DNA from: an uncultured Campylobacter sp.
GTDB taxonomy: Bacteria; Campylobacterota; Campylobacteria; Campylobacterales; Campylobacteraceae
Direction of reading: 5' to 3'
DNA length: 64,000 nucleotides
NCBI GenBank assembly: GCA_963528355.1
Contig: CAURUZ010000007.1
Location: 15,554-79,553, forward strand
Both the position numbers and the translations under genes were made by a program. This document shows positions 50,231 through 64,000 of this stretch, one piece after another (position 1 is the first letter of the stretch; each line of letters starts with the position of its first letter). The notes beneath the pieces were generated by a model. That model saw only the letters and a program-made list of their open reading frames with translations, ran no database searches and had not been told where the DNA came from.

Positions 50231-51535
50231 ATGAGTAGGGCAAAGCTTGGAGCGTTCGATTTTGCGGCACTTAGCGAGCGCTGCGTAAAATGTGGTAAAT
50301 GTATCCAAGTCTGCACGGTTCATGGCATTAACGGCGATGAAGTAACGAGCCCGCGCGGATTTGTGGATCTTTTGGGCGCTTACGGCAGGAATGAGCTAAA
50401 GCTTGATAAAAACACTAAGAAAATTTTTGAGAGCTGCTTTTTATGCACCAACTGCGTAGATATTTGCGGCGAGTCTTTGCCCATAGATACGGCAATCGAG
50501 AATGTTCGCGCGCGCATTGCGGAAAAATTTGGCATCGCGTGGTACAAAAAAGCTGCGTTTTGGCTGCTTGGGCACCGCAAAGCGCTGGATCTAGCAGCAG
50601 CGCTTGGATACGTGTTTCTTAGCTGTGGCTTTAAGATGCGAAAAGATACGCAAAGCTCTATGTCGCCTAGATTTGACTTGCCACTACTTAAAAAAGAGCG
50701 CTTGTTGCCTGCTCCTGCAAAAGAGAGCTTTATGAACTCTCACGCAGAGTTTATCGACAACGGCGGCGAAAAAACTATTGGAATTTTTATAGGCTGCATG
50801 GCAAACTACGCTTACACGGGCGTAGGAGAGGCGATTTTACGTATCGCACGAGCGCTAAAGCTAAACGTAAATTTGATGAAGGAACAAGCCTGTTGCGGCG
50901 CTCCTGCGTATTTTACGGGAGATTTTGCAGCGGTTGAACGCGTGGCAAAATTTAATATAGCATATTTCGAAAAAGCTCTGCCTGCTCTTGATGCGGTTAT
51001 CGTGCCCGAGGCTACGTGCTCTGCAATGTTGCGGGTGGATTACGCGAATTTTTTTGAAAACGAGCCGCAATGGAAAGCCCGTGCGCAAAAGCTTGCGAGT
51101 AAAATTTTTATGGCTAGCGAATACTTTTATAAATTTACAAACTTAAGTGATCTTTTGATGCACCGCGGCAAAAGGGCTTTAGCGATTACTTATCACGATC
51201 CGTGCCATGCCCGCAAAATGCAGGGTATTTGGAAAGAACCGCGTGGCTTGCTCGCTCAAAACTACGAAATAACCGAGATGGATGAACTTAATGAATGCTG
51301 CGGATTTGGCGGCGTGACGATGCAGACCGAGCGTTACGAGCTCGCGCGTGAAGCAGGATTAGTTAAGGCGCGCGCAATGGCGGATCTACCCGTGCGCGTA
51401 GTCTCTGCTGAGTGCAGTGCGTGCAGGATGCAGCTAAATAATTCGCTTTCTTTAAGCGGGTCGCAGATGAGGTGTGTAAACCCGCTGGAGCTCATCGCTG
51501 AGGCGCTTATGAGCGAGAAAAATTCCAATGGATAA
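50231..51535 (+). CDS. (Fe-S)-binding oxidoreductase subunit, GlcF-like (2x[4Fe-4S] plus CCG domains)
   Basis: CVKCGKC...C, CFLCTNC...C, CCGAP, YHDPCH, CCGFGG, CSACRMQL. Confidence 0.9.
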   Translation: MSRAKLGAFDFAALSERCVKCGKCIQVCTVHGINGDEVTSPRGFVDLLGAYGRNELKLDKNTKKIFESCFLCTNCVDICGESLPIDTAIENVRARIAEKFGIAWYKKAAFWLLGHRKALDLAAALGYVFLSCGFKMRKDTQSSMSPRFDLPLLKKERLLPAPAKESFMNSHAEFIDNGGEKTIGIFIGCMANYAYTGVGEAILRIARALKLNVNLMKEQACCGAPAYFTGDFAAVERVAKFNIAYFEKALPALDAVIVPEATCSAMLRVDYANFFENEPQWKARAQKLASKIFMASEYFYKFTNLSDLLMHRGKRALAITYHDPCHARKMQGIWKEPRGLLAQNYEITEMDELNECCGFGGVTMQTERYELAREAGLVKARAMADLPVRVVSAECSACRMQLNNSLSLSGSQMRCVNPLELIAEALMSEKNSNG

Positions 51536-52152
51536 ATTTTGCGTTTTAGAAGCTCCTGCATTTCGCTAGCTTTTTACTCAATTCACAGCCTGGGACAAAA
51601 TTCCGTGCTTTTTAAATTTTGGTTTTTAAAAATTATGATGAAATTTTATCATTAGCTTGCAGAGGTTATGGTCTACACTTTTGAGCTTTCTGATATATCA
51701 GCCTGAAGTGGCGTGCGGTGGAACCCATAGGCTTTGCTGCTGCGGCGGGGTTGGGTAATGTGATTTTAAATACTAAAATTTTGTGGTTTATAATTTTGTT
51801 GAGCGATTTTGCACAAAATTTTAAGAAGTTGAATTGTAAGATGGATTTTGGCAAAATTTTAATTTTATGCGGTATTGTTTGAAATTCTATGGAATTTGCG
51901 GCTAATGGCTGGAATTTTGATTTATTAATTCGCGTGGATTTGCTTAGCGTTGCAGGATTAAAACGCGAATTTTAAATTTCGTAAAATTTAAAGAATTAGT
52001 TACGTATGAGCTTCTTGCACTTCGCGGTTTTGGCGTTGGGGCAAAATTTCTTTCAAAAATGCCAAAGTATGCATAAAATATACTCACAATTTTTAGCACG
52101 AGTATTTAGCAAAAAAAGCTAAGCTAGCGAGATCATGGATTTAAATTTAATT

Positions 52153-52365
52153 TTATTCTTGCTCTTTTGCGTCATCTTCAGAGTCTAACTTTGCTTCTTC
52201 GATCAAGAGCCTATTGGCTTCGGTAGCCTTTTTTATCTCGCTTAAGTTTTCTTCTATCTTATTTAGGCGCTTTTCAAGGGTATTTAGACGCTTTTCGGAG
52301 CGGGAGATAAAATAATAAATCAAATAAATCATAAAAACTATTATGATCCAAGGTACGATTTTCAT
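52153..52365 (-). CDS. Small hypothetical membrane protein (TM plus coiled coil)
   Basis: ATG at 52365 after AAGGAA; hydrophobic N-terminus then heptad-like LEKRLNKIEENL; 70 aa. Confidence 0.7.
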   Translation of the reverse strand: MKIVPWIIIVFMIYLIYYFISRSEKRLNTLEKRLNKIEENLSEIKKATEANRLLIEEAKLDSEDDAKEQE

Positions 52366-52442
52366 ATAAAATTCCTTAAAATTTAAAATTGCGCGCATTA
52401 TAGCAGAAATTTTATGAAATTTTAAAATAGGCTGTTTTAGCC

Positions 52443-52471
52443 TTGACAATTGGGGATTTTTCGGTTATAAT
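52443..52471 (+). promoter_or_regulatory. Consensus sigma70 promoter of the tRNA-tuf operon
   Basis: TTGACA (52443-52448), 17-nt spacer, TATAAT (52466-52471), 20 nt before the first tRNA. Confidence 0.9.
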
Positions 52472-52491
52472 TGCCACTTCAATTTCAAAAT

Positions 52492-52567
52492 GCTGGTGTA
52501 GCTCAGCTGGTAGAGCTACTGCCTTGTAAGCAGTGGGTCGGCGGTTCGATCCCGTCCACCAGCTCCA
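52492..52567 (+). tRNA. tRNA-Thr(TGT)
   Basis: Cloverleaf, anticodon loop CTTGTAA, GGTTCGATCCC, CCA end. Confidence 0.97.
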
Positions 52568-52603
52568 TTTTTTGTAACAGTGTTTGACCAGATTTCATCA
52601 AAG

Positions 52604-52688
<85 letters not shown>

Positions 52689-52700
52689 TGAATTTTTGAT

Positions 52701-52777
52701 GCGGGATTAGCTCAGTTGGCTAGAGCATCAGCCTTCCAAGCTGAGGGTCGCGGGTTCGAGCCCCGTTTCCCGCTCCA
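52701..52777 (+). tRNA. tRNA-Gly(TCC)
   Basis: GCGGGA/TCCCGC stem, loop CTTCCAA, U discriminator plus CCA. Confidence 0.96.
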
Positions 52778-52890
52778 CCATTTAGGTTTACTGGGAGCTG
52801 TAAAACTTAACTGCTTTTATATGCTTACATAATCTAAATTTTGGTCGCATTGTTGGGTATTGGTAGCGATTTCTCTTTGCCTGAGTTTAG

Positions 52891-52965
<75 letters not shown>

Positions 52966-53021
52966 TAAAATAGAGTCGCTTAGTTTGTTGTGTAATCCAC
53001 AAATCAATAACGGAGGATATG

Positions 53022-54221
53022 ATGGCTAAAGAAAAATTTAATCGTAACAAGCCACACGTAAACATTGGTACCATCGGTCACGTTGACCATGGTAAGACTA
53101 CTTTGACAGCTGCTATTTCTGCTGTTCTTTCCAGGAAAGGTCTAGCTGAGCTAAAGGACTACGACAATATCGATAACGCTCCAGAGGAAAAAGAGCGCGG
53201 TATTACTATCGCTACGTCTCACATCGAATATGAGACCGAGAAACGTCACTATGCTCACGTTGACTGCCCAGGTCACGCCGACTACGTAAAAAATATGATT
53301 ACCGGCGCGGCTCAGATGGACGGAGCTATTTTAGTTGTTTCCGCTGCAGACGGTCCTATGCCTCAAACTCGCGAGCACATCTTGCTTTCTCGCCAAGTAG
53401 GCGTTCCTTATATCGTAGTTTTCCTAAACAAAACCGATATGGTCGATGATCCGGATCTTTTAGAGCTAGTTGAAGAGGAAGTTAGAGATCTTTTAAAAGA
53501 GTATAAATTCCCTGGCGACGAAACCCCAATCATTAAAGGCTCTGCTCTTAAGGCTCTTGAGGAAGCCAAAGCAGGACAAGATGGCGAATGGTCCGCAAAG
53601 ATTATGGAGCTTATGGACGCAGTTGATAGCTATATCCCAACCCCTGTTCGCGATACTGATAAAGATTTCCTTCTTCCGATCGAAGATATTTTCTCGATCT
53701 CCGGTCGCGGTACCGTTGTAACCGGTAGAATCGAAAAAGGTATCGTTAAAGTTGGTGATACTATCGAGATCGTAGGTATTAAACCTACTCAAACTACTAC
53801 CGTCACTGGCGTTGAGATGTTTAGAAAAGAGATGGATCAAGGTGAAGCCGGCGATAACGTAGGTGTTTTATTGCGCGGTACCAAGAAAGAAGAAGTAGAG
53901 CGCGGTATGGTTTTATGCAAACCAAAATCGATCACTCCTCATACTAAATTTGAGGGCGAGGTTTATATCCTAACTAAAGAAGAGGGCGGACGCCATACTC
54001 CATTCTTTAATAATTATAGACCGCAGTTTTACGTTCGTACTACAGATGTTACCGGTTCGATTACTCTTCCTGAGGGAACCGAGATGGTAATGCCTGGCGA
54101 CAACGTTAAAATTACCGTTGAGCTAATCGCTCCGATCGCCCTTGAGCAAGGTACTCGCTTCGCGATTCGCGAAGGCGGTCATACTGTAGGCTCAGGCGTC
54201 GTTTCGAAAATCATCGCTTAA
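53022..54221 (+). CDS. tuf: Elongation factor Tu
   Basis: [23 protein letters not shown]; the start is either of two tandem ATGs (53019 or 53022). Confidence 0.99.
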   Translation: MAKEKFNRNKPHVNIGTIGHVDHGKTTLTAAISAVLSRKGLAELKDYDNIDNAPEEKERGITIATSHIEYETEKRHYAHVDCPGHADYVKNMITGAAQMDGAILVVSAADGPMPQTREHILLSRQVGVPYIVVFLNKTDMVDDPDLLELVEEEVRDLLKEYKFPGDETPIIKGSALKALEEAKAGQDGEWSAKIMELMDAVDSYIPTPVRDTDKDFLLPIEDIFSISGRGTVVTGRIEKGIVKVGDTIEIVGIKPTQTTTVTGVEMFRKEMDQGEAGDNVGVLLRGTKKEEVERGMVLCKPKSITPHTKFEGEVYILTKEEGGRHTPFFNNYRPQFYVRTTDVTGSITLPEGTEMVMPGDNVKITVELIAPIALEQGTRFAIREGGHTVGSGVVSKIIA

Positions 54222-54227
54222 TTTTTT

Positions 54228-54261
54228 GCAAGCGGAATTTTAAAATTCCGCTTGCTTTTTT
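54228..54261 (+). terminator. Intrinsic terminator after tuf
   Basis: Perfect 28-nt palindrome GCAAGCGGAATTTTAAAATTCCGCTTGC followed by T6. Confidence 0.88.
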
Positions 54262-54276
54262 ATTCAAGGAAACCAA

Positions 54277-54450
54277 ATGGCAAAGAATTCAAGTAGAGTA
54301 AAGGTCGGATTAAAATGCTCCGAAAGTGGCGATATTAACTATACTACTTATAAAAACAGCAAAACTACGACCGAAAAACTAGAACTTAAAAAATATTGCC
54401 CTAGATTAAAAAAGCATACGCTTCATAAAGAAGTAAAGTTAAAAGGCTAA
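54277..54450 (+). CDS. rpmG: 50S ribosomal protein L33
   Basis: Not in the ORF track; manual translation [57 protein letters not shown]. Confidence 0.96.
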   Translation: MAKNSSRVKVGLKCSESGDINYTTYKNSKTTTEKLELKKYCPRLKKHTLHKEVKLKG

Positions 54451-54457
54451 TTGTTAT

Positions 54458-54533
54458 AGGGCAATAGCTCCAACGGTAGAGCGCCGGATTCCAAATCCGA
54501 TGGTTGGGGGTTCGAATCCCTCTTGCCCTGCCA
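54458..54533 (+). tRNA. tRNA-Trp(CCA)
   Basis: AGGGCAA/TTGCCCT stem, loop TTCCAAA, GCCA end. Confidence 0.97.
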
Positions 54534-54545
54534 CGAGGATTGGGT

Positions 54546-54719
54546 ATGGAAAAAGTAAAAGAGTATTATAAACAAGCAAAAGTAGAGTTAGATAAGGTAA
54601 TTTTCCCGACTAAAGACCAGACTAAAACAGCGTATATCTCTGTGGTCGTCGTAGTCGTAGTTATCGCACTGTTTTTAGCGCTAGTGGATCTAATTATGTC
54701 CGCTTTAATAACGGCTTAA
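54546..54719 (+). CDS. secE: Preprotein translocase subunit SecE
   Basis: ELDKVIFPTK plus a single TM; ATG at 54546 after GAGGA; between tRNA-Trp and nusG. Confidence 0.95.
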   Translation: MEKVKEYYKQAKVELDKVIFPTKDQTKTAYISVVVVVVVIALFLALVDLIMSALITA

Positions 54720-54732
54720 GCAAGGATACAAT

Positions 54733-55263
54733 ATGGCAAATAAATGGTATGCGATACAAACTTACGCCGGCAGCGAGATGGCGGTAAAGCGCGCGATAGA
54801 AGCGCTAAAGCAAGACGAAGCGCTTGAGGCTAAAATCGGCGAAGTGCTTGTGCCTACCGAAGATGTTATAGAGGTCAAAAATACAAAGCAAACCATTAAA
54901 GAGCGCAGCTTATATCCAGGGTATTGTTTTGCAAATTTAGATTTGGATACCACTTTATGGCATAGAATTCAGATGCTGCCTAAGGTCAGTCGCTTTATCG
55001 GCGAGGCAAAAAAGCCCTCTCCGCTACCGGAAAAAGATATCGAAATAATTCTAGAAAAGATCAATAATCGCGAGGCTCCTAAGCCCAAGATTAATTTTGA
55101 TGAGGGCGAGACGGTTAGGATCGTCGACGGACCTTTTGCTAATTTCAACGGCATCGTAGAAGAGTATGATATGATCCACGGCAAGCTTCGCCTTAATGTT
55201 TCGATCTTCGGACGAAGCACGCCGATTGAAATTTCATACTCGCAAGTTGAAAAGATTATTTAA
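54733..55263 (+). CDS. nusG: Transcription termination/antitermination factor NusG
   Basis: [18 protein letters not shown] motif [17 protein letters not shown]. Confidence 0.98.
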   Translation: MANKWYAIQTYAGSEMAVKRAIEALKQDEALEAKIGEVLVPTEDVIEVKNTKQTIKERSLYPGYCFANLDLDTTLWHRIQMLPKVSRFIGEAKKPSPLPEKDIEIILEKINNREAPKPKINFDEGETVRIVDGPFANFNGIVEEYDMIHGKLRLNVSIFGRSTPIEISYSQVEKII

Positions 55264-55283
55264 ATTTTATAAGGAGTAAATTT

Positions 55284-55709
55284 ATGGCTAAGAAAGTTAT
55301 TGGCGAAATCAAGCTGCAAATAGCGGCCGCAAAAGCAAATCCAAGCCCGCCGGTAGGTCCTGCGCTAGGACAAAAGGGCGTTAATATTATGGAATTTTGT
55401 AAAGCGTTTAACGAGCGAACCAAAGATATGGCGGGCTTTAATATTCCTGTTATCATCACGGTTTATGCCGATAAAAGCTTTACTTTCATCACTAAGCAAC
55501 CGCCTGCGACGGATTTGATCAAAAAAGCGGCGAAGATAGATAAAGGTTCGGACAACCCTCTTAAAAAGAAGGTGGCGTCCTTAACGAAAGCTCAGGTTTT
55601 AGAGATCGTCGAGAAAAAGATCGCCGATCTGAATACTAAAGATAAAGAGCAGGCTGCTAGGATTATAGCGGGTTCGGCTCGTTCTATGGGTATTACGGTA
55701 ACTGACTAG
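55284..55709 (+). CDS. rplK: 50S ribosomal protein L11
   Basis: [33 protein letters not shown]. Confidence 0.99.
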   Translation: MAKKVIGEIKLQIAAAKANPSPPVGPALGQKGVNIMEFCKAFNERTKDMAGFNIPVIITVYADKSFTFITKQPPATDLIKKAAKIDKGSDNPLKKKVASLTKAQVLEIVEKKIADLNTKDKEQAARIIAGSARSMGITVTD

Positions 55710-55765
55710 ACCTTTTGACCGCTAAGGTTTAAAAAAGCGGTAGCACTTTAATTGCGGAGAAATAT

Positions 55766-56467
55766 ATGCCAAAAAATTCAAAAAGATTTAACGAACTTTT
55801 AAAAAAAGTTGACGTAAATAAAATTTATAGTGTAGACGAAGCGGTAAGCACGGTAAAAACTTTAGCTTCTGCTAAATTTGATGAGACGGTGGAGATCGCT
55901 CTTAAACTAAACGTAGATCCAAGACATGCCGATCAGATGGTGCGCGGCTCGGTCGTTTTGCCTGCCGGCACTGGCAAGAGCGTTCGAGTAGCCGTGATTG
56001 CAAAAGACGCAAAAGCTAGCGAGGCTAGCGAAGCAGGTGCCGATATCGTGGGTGCCGATGATCTGATCGAAGAGATTCAAAAAGGAAATATAAATTTCGA
56101 CGTTCTTATCGCCACTCCAAATTTAATGGGGCTAGTCGGTAAGGTAGGTCGTATTCTTGGTCCAAAAGGCGTTATGCCTAACCCTAAAACCGGTACCGTT
56201 ACTATGGATATCGCTCAAGCCGTTAAAAACGCCAAGGGCGGACAGGTAAATTTCCGCGTCGATAAGCAGGGAAATATCCACGCAGGCCTTGGCAAGGCTA
56301 GCTTTAGCAAAGAGCAGCTTTTAGACAATCTTACGACGTTTATCAAAACCATAAATAAGCATAAGCCGGCGACTGCGAAAGGTAGGTACGTAACTCACGC
56401 ATCGCTTTCACTTACTATGAGCCCTGCAGTTACACTGGATAATCAAGAAATAATCGATTTAAAATAA
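55766..56467 (+). CDS. rplA: 50S ribosomal protein L1
   Basis: [32 protein letters not shown]. Confidence 0.99.
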   Translation: MPKNSKRFNELLKKVDVNKIYSVDEAVSTVKTLASAKFDETVEIALKLNVDPRHADQMVRGSVVLPAGTGKSVRVAVIAKDAKASEASEAGADIVGADDLIEEIQKGNINFDVLIATPNLMGLVGKVGRILGPKGVMPNPKTGTVTMDIAQAVKNAKGGQVNFRVDKQGNIHAGLGKASFSKEQLLDNLTTFIKTINKHKPATAKGRYVTHASLSLTMSPAVTLDNQEIIDLK

Positions 56468-56480
56468 AATTTTAAATTTT

Positions 56481-56575
56481 TATCTTAGATTGGAGATAGC
56501 TCAAGGTTTTTAACTTAATTGATCGAAATTTTAAAATTTCGATCGCTTGGCTTGAAATCACCGATCGGAAAGGAG
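56481..56575 (+). promoter_or_regulatory. Probable L10 leader (rplJL autoregulatory RNA)
   Basis: Position in the 113-nt rplA-rplJ spacer; AGATAGC..AAGG...CTTAATT...GCTTGAAA arrangement with an internal hairpin. Not checked against a covariance model. Confidence 0.55.
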
Positions 56576-56580
56576 ACCTA

Positions 56581-57060
56581 ATGACGAGAGACGAAAAATC
56601 AAAGATAGTAGCGGAGCTTGGCGAGGCTTTCAAAGCTAGCGAAGCTATAGTAATTTCCGATTTTAAAGGCCTTAGCGTTAAGCAGCTTGAAGATCTTAGA
56701 AATAGCGCGCGCGAAGCGGGCGTAAAGGTTCGAGTTATCAAAAACACCCTAGCCAATATCGCATTAAAAAATGCCGAAAAAAACGGACTTAATTTTAAAG
56801 ATACCAATATCTTCTTATGGGGCGAGCAGCTTTCTGTATGTAAAGTAGCGGCTAAATTTGAAGAGAAAAATGAAATTTTTAAGCTTAAGACCGCTCATAT
56901 CGATGGGGAAGTAGCCGGCGTAGATAAGGTTAGGGCGCTTTCGAAGATGCCTTCGAGAGACGAGCTTATCGCGATGTTACTTCAAGTATGGAATGCGCCG
57001 ATCCAAAATTTTACGATCGGCTTAAATGCGCTTAAGCAGAAAAAAGAAGCTAGCGCTTAA
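56581..57060 (+). CDS. rplJ: 50S ribosomal protein L10
   Basis: DFKGLSV, VIKNTLA, MPSRDEL. Confidence 0.97.
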   Translation: MTRDEKSKIVAELGEAFKASEAIVISDFKGLSVKQLEDLRNSAREAGVKVRVIKNTLANIALKNAEKNGLNFKDTNIFLWGEQLSVCKVAAKFEEKNEIFKLKTAHIDGEVAGVDKVRALSKMPSRDELIAMLLQVWNAPIQNFTIGLNALKQKKEASA

Positions 57061-57080
57061 TTAAAATTTAGGAGAATAAA

Positions 57081-57461
57081 ATGGCAATTTCAAAAGAAGA
57101 TGTTTTAGAGTATATCTCTAATCTTTCGGTGCTAGAGCTTAGCGAGTTAGTTAAAGAATTCGAAGAAAAATTCGGCGTAAGCGCAGCTCCGGTTATGGTA
57201 GCCGGCGGCGCAGGTGCCGGCGGCGCAGGTGCGGCAGCAGCTGAAGAGAAAACAGAATTCGACGTCGTATTGCTTGATGCGGGCGATAAGAAAATCAACG
57301 TAATTAAGGTTGTTCGTGCCCTAACAGGTCTTGGTCTAAAAGAAGCCAAAGACGCTACCGAGGCTACTCCGTCCGTTCTTAAAGAGGGCCTTAACAAAGA
57401 AGACGCCGAGAAGGCCAAAAAAGAGCTTGAAGAAGCAGGCGCTAAAGTCGAACTCAAATAA
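57081..57461 (+). CDS. rplL: 50S ribosomal protein L7/L12
   Basis: [35 protein letters not shown]. Confidence 0.99.
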   Translation: MAISKEDVLEYISNLSVLELSELVKEFEEKFGVSAAPVMVAGGAGAGGAGAAAAEEKTEFDVVLLDAGDKKINVIKVVRALTGLGLKEAKDATEATPSVLKEGLNKEDAEKAKKELEEAGAKVELK

Positions 57462-57476
57462 ATCGCGGAATTTTAA

Positions 57477-64000
<6,524 letters not shown>

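Noticed and set aside
51528..51630. ATG overlapping the end of the Fe-S gene (MDKFCVLEAPAFR*), possible pseudogene start
   Set aside because: Only 13 codons and no recognisable homology.

Overview
Core-chromosome window from an epsilon-proteobacterium, inferred to be an oral Campylobacter (C. gracilis-like). The basis is the protein sequences, the Campylobacter-type gene order (hemB-argF-DUF2603-hemN; FTR1-p19-ABC), the unfused rpoB and rpoC, and spacers mixing CGCG and AAATTT tracts. It carries prs, dnaX, comF, gyrA, asd, hemE, a complete FTR1/P19 iron-uptake operon followed by a secreted tannase-like hydrolase, petABC, ccsBA, a PMM-alr-lemA-TPM operon, ribA/rsmG, hemB-argF-hemN, five tRNAs and tuf-rpmG-secE-nusG-rplKAJL-rpoB-rpoC (rpoC is cut by the window edge). 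I found no CRISPR array, IS, integrase or prophage. Four observations stand out. (1) RAATTY hexamers saturate the spacers, form the cores of hairpins, and appear as S-x-x-Q/E-N repeat insertions in unrelated proteins. RAATTY is the motif methylated by CtsM to license DNA for natural transformation in C. jejuni, so this pattern resembles uptake-sequence drive. (2) A mosaic duplicated block at ~37.0-39.3 kb holds an intact, inverted, ~93%-identical second radical SAM gene and a decayed copy of the iron-operon 3' end with an expanded 24-bp repeat. (3) A Doc-type toxin-antitoxin pair is inserted inside the hemB-argF operon. (4) A tannase-like gene lies directly behind the iron operon. All counts and identities are manual estimates.
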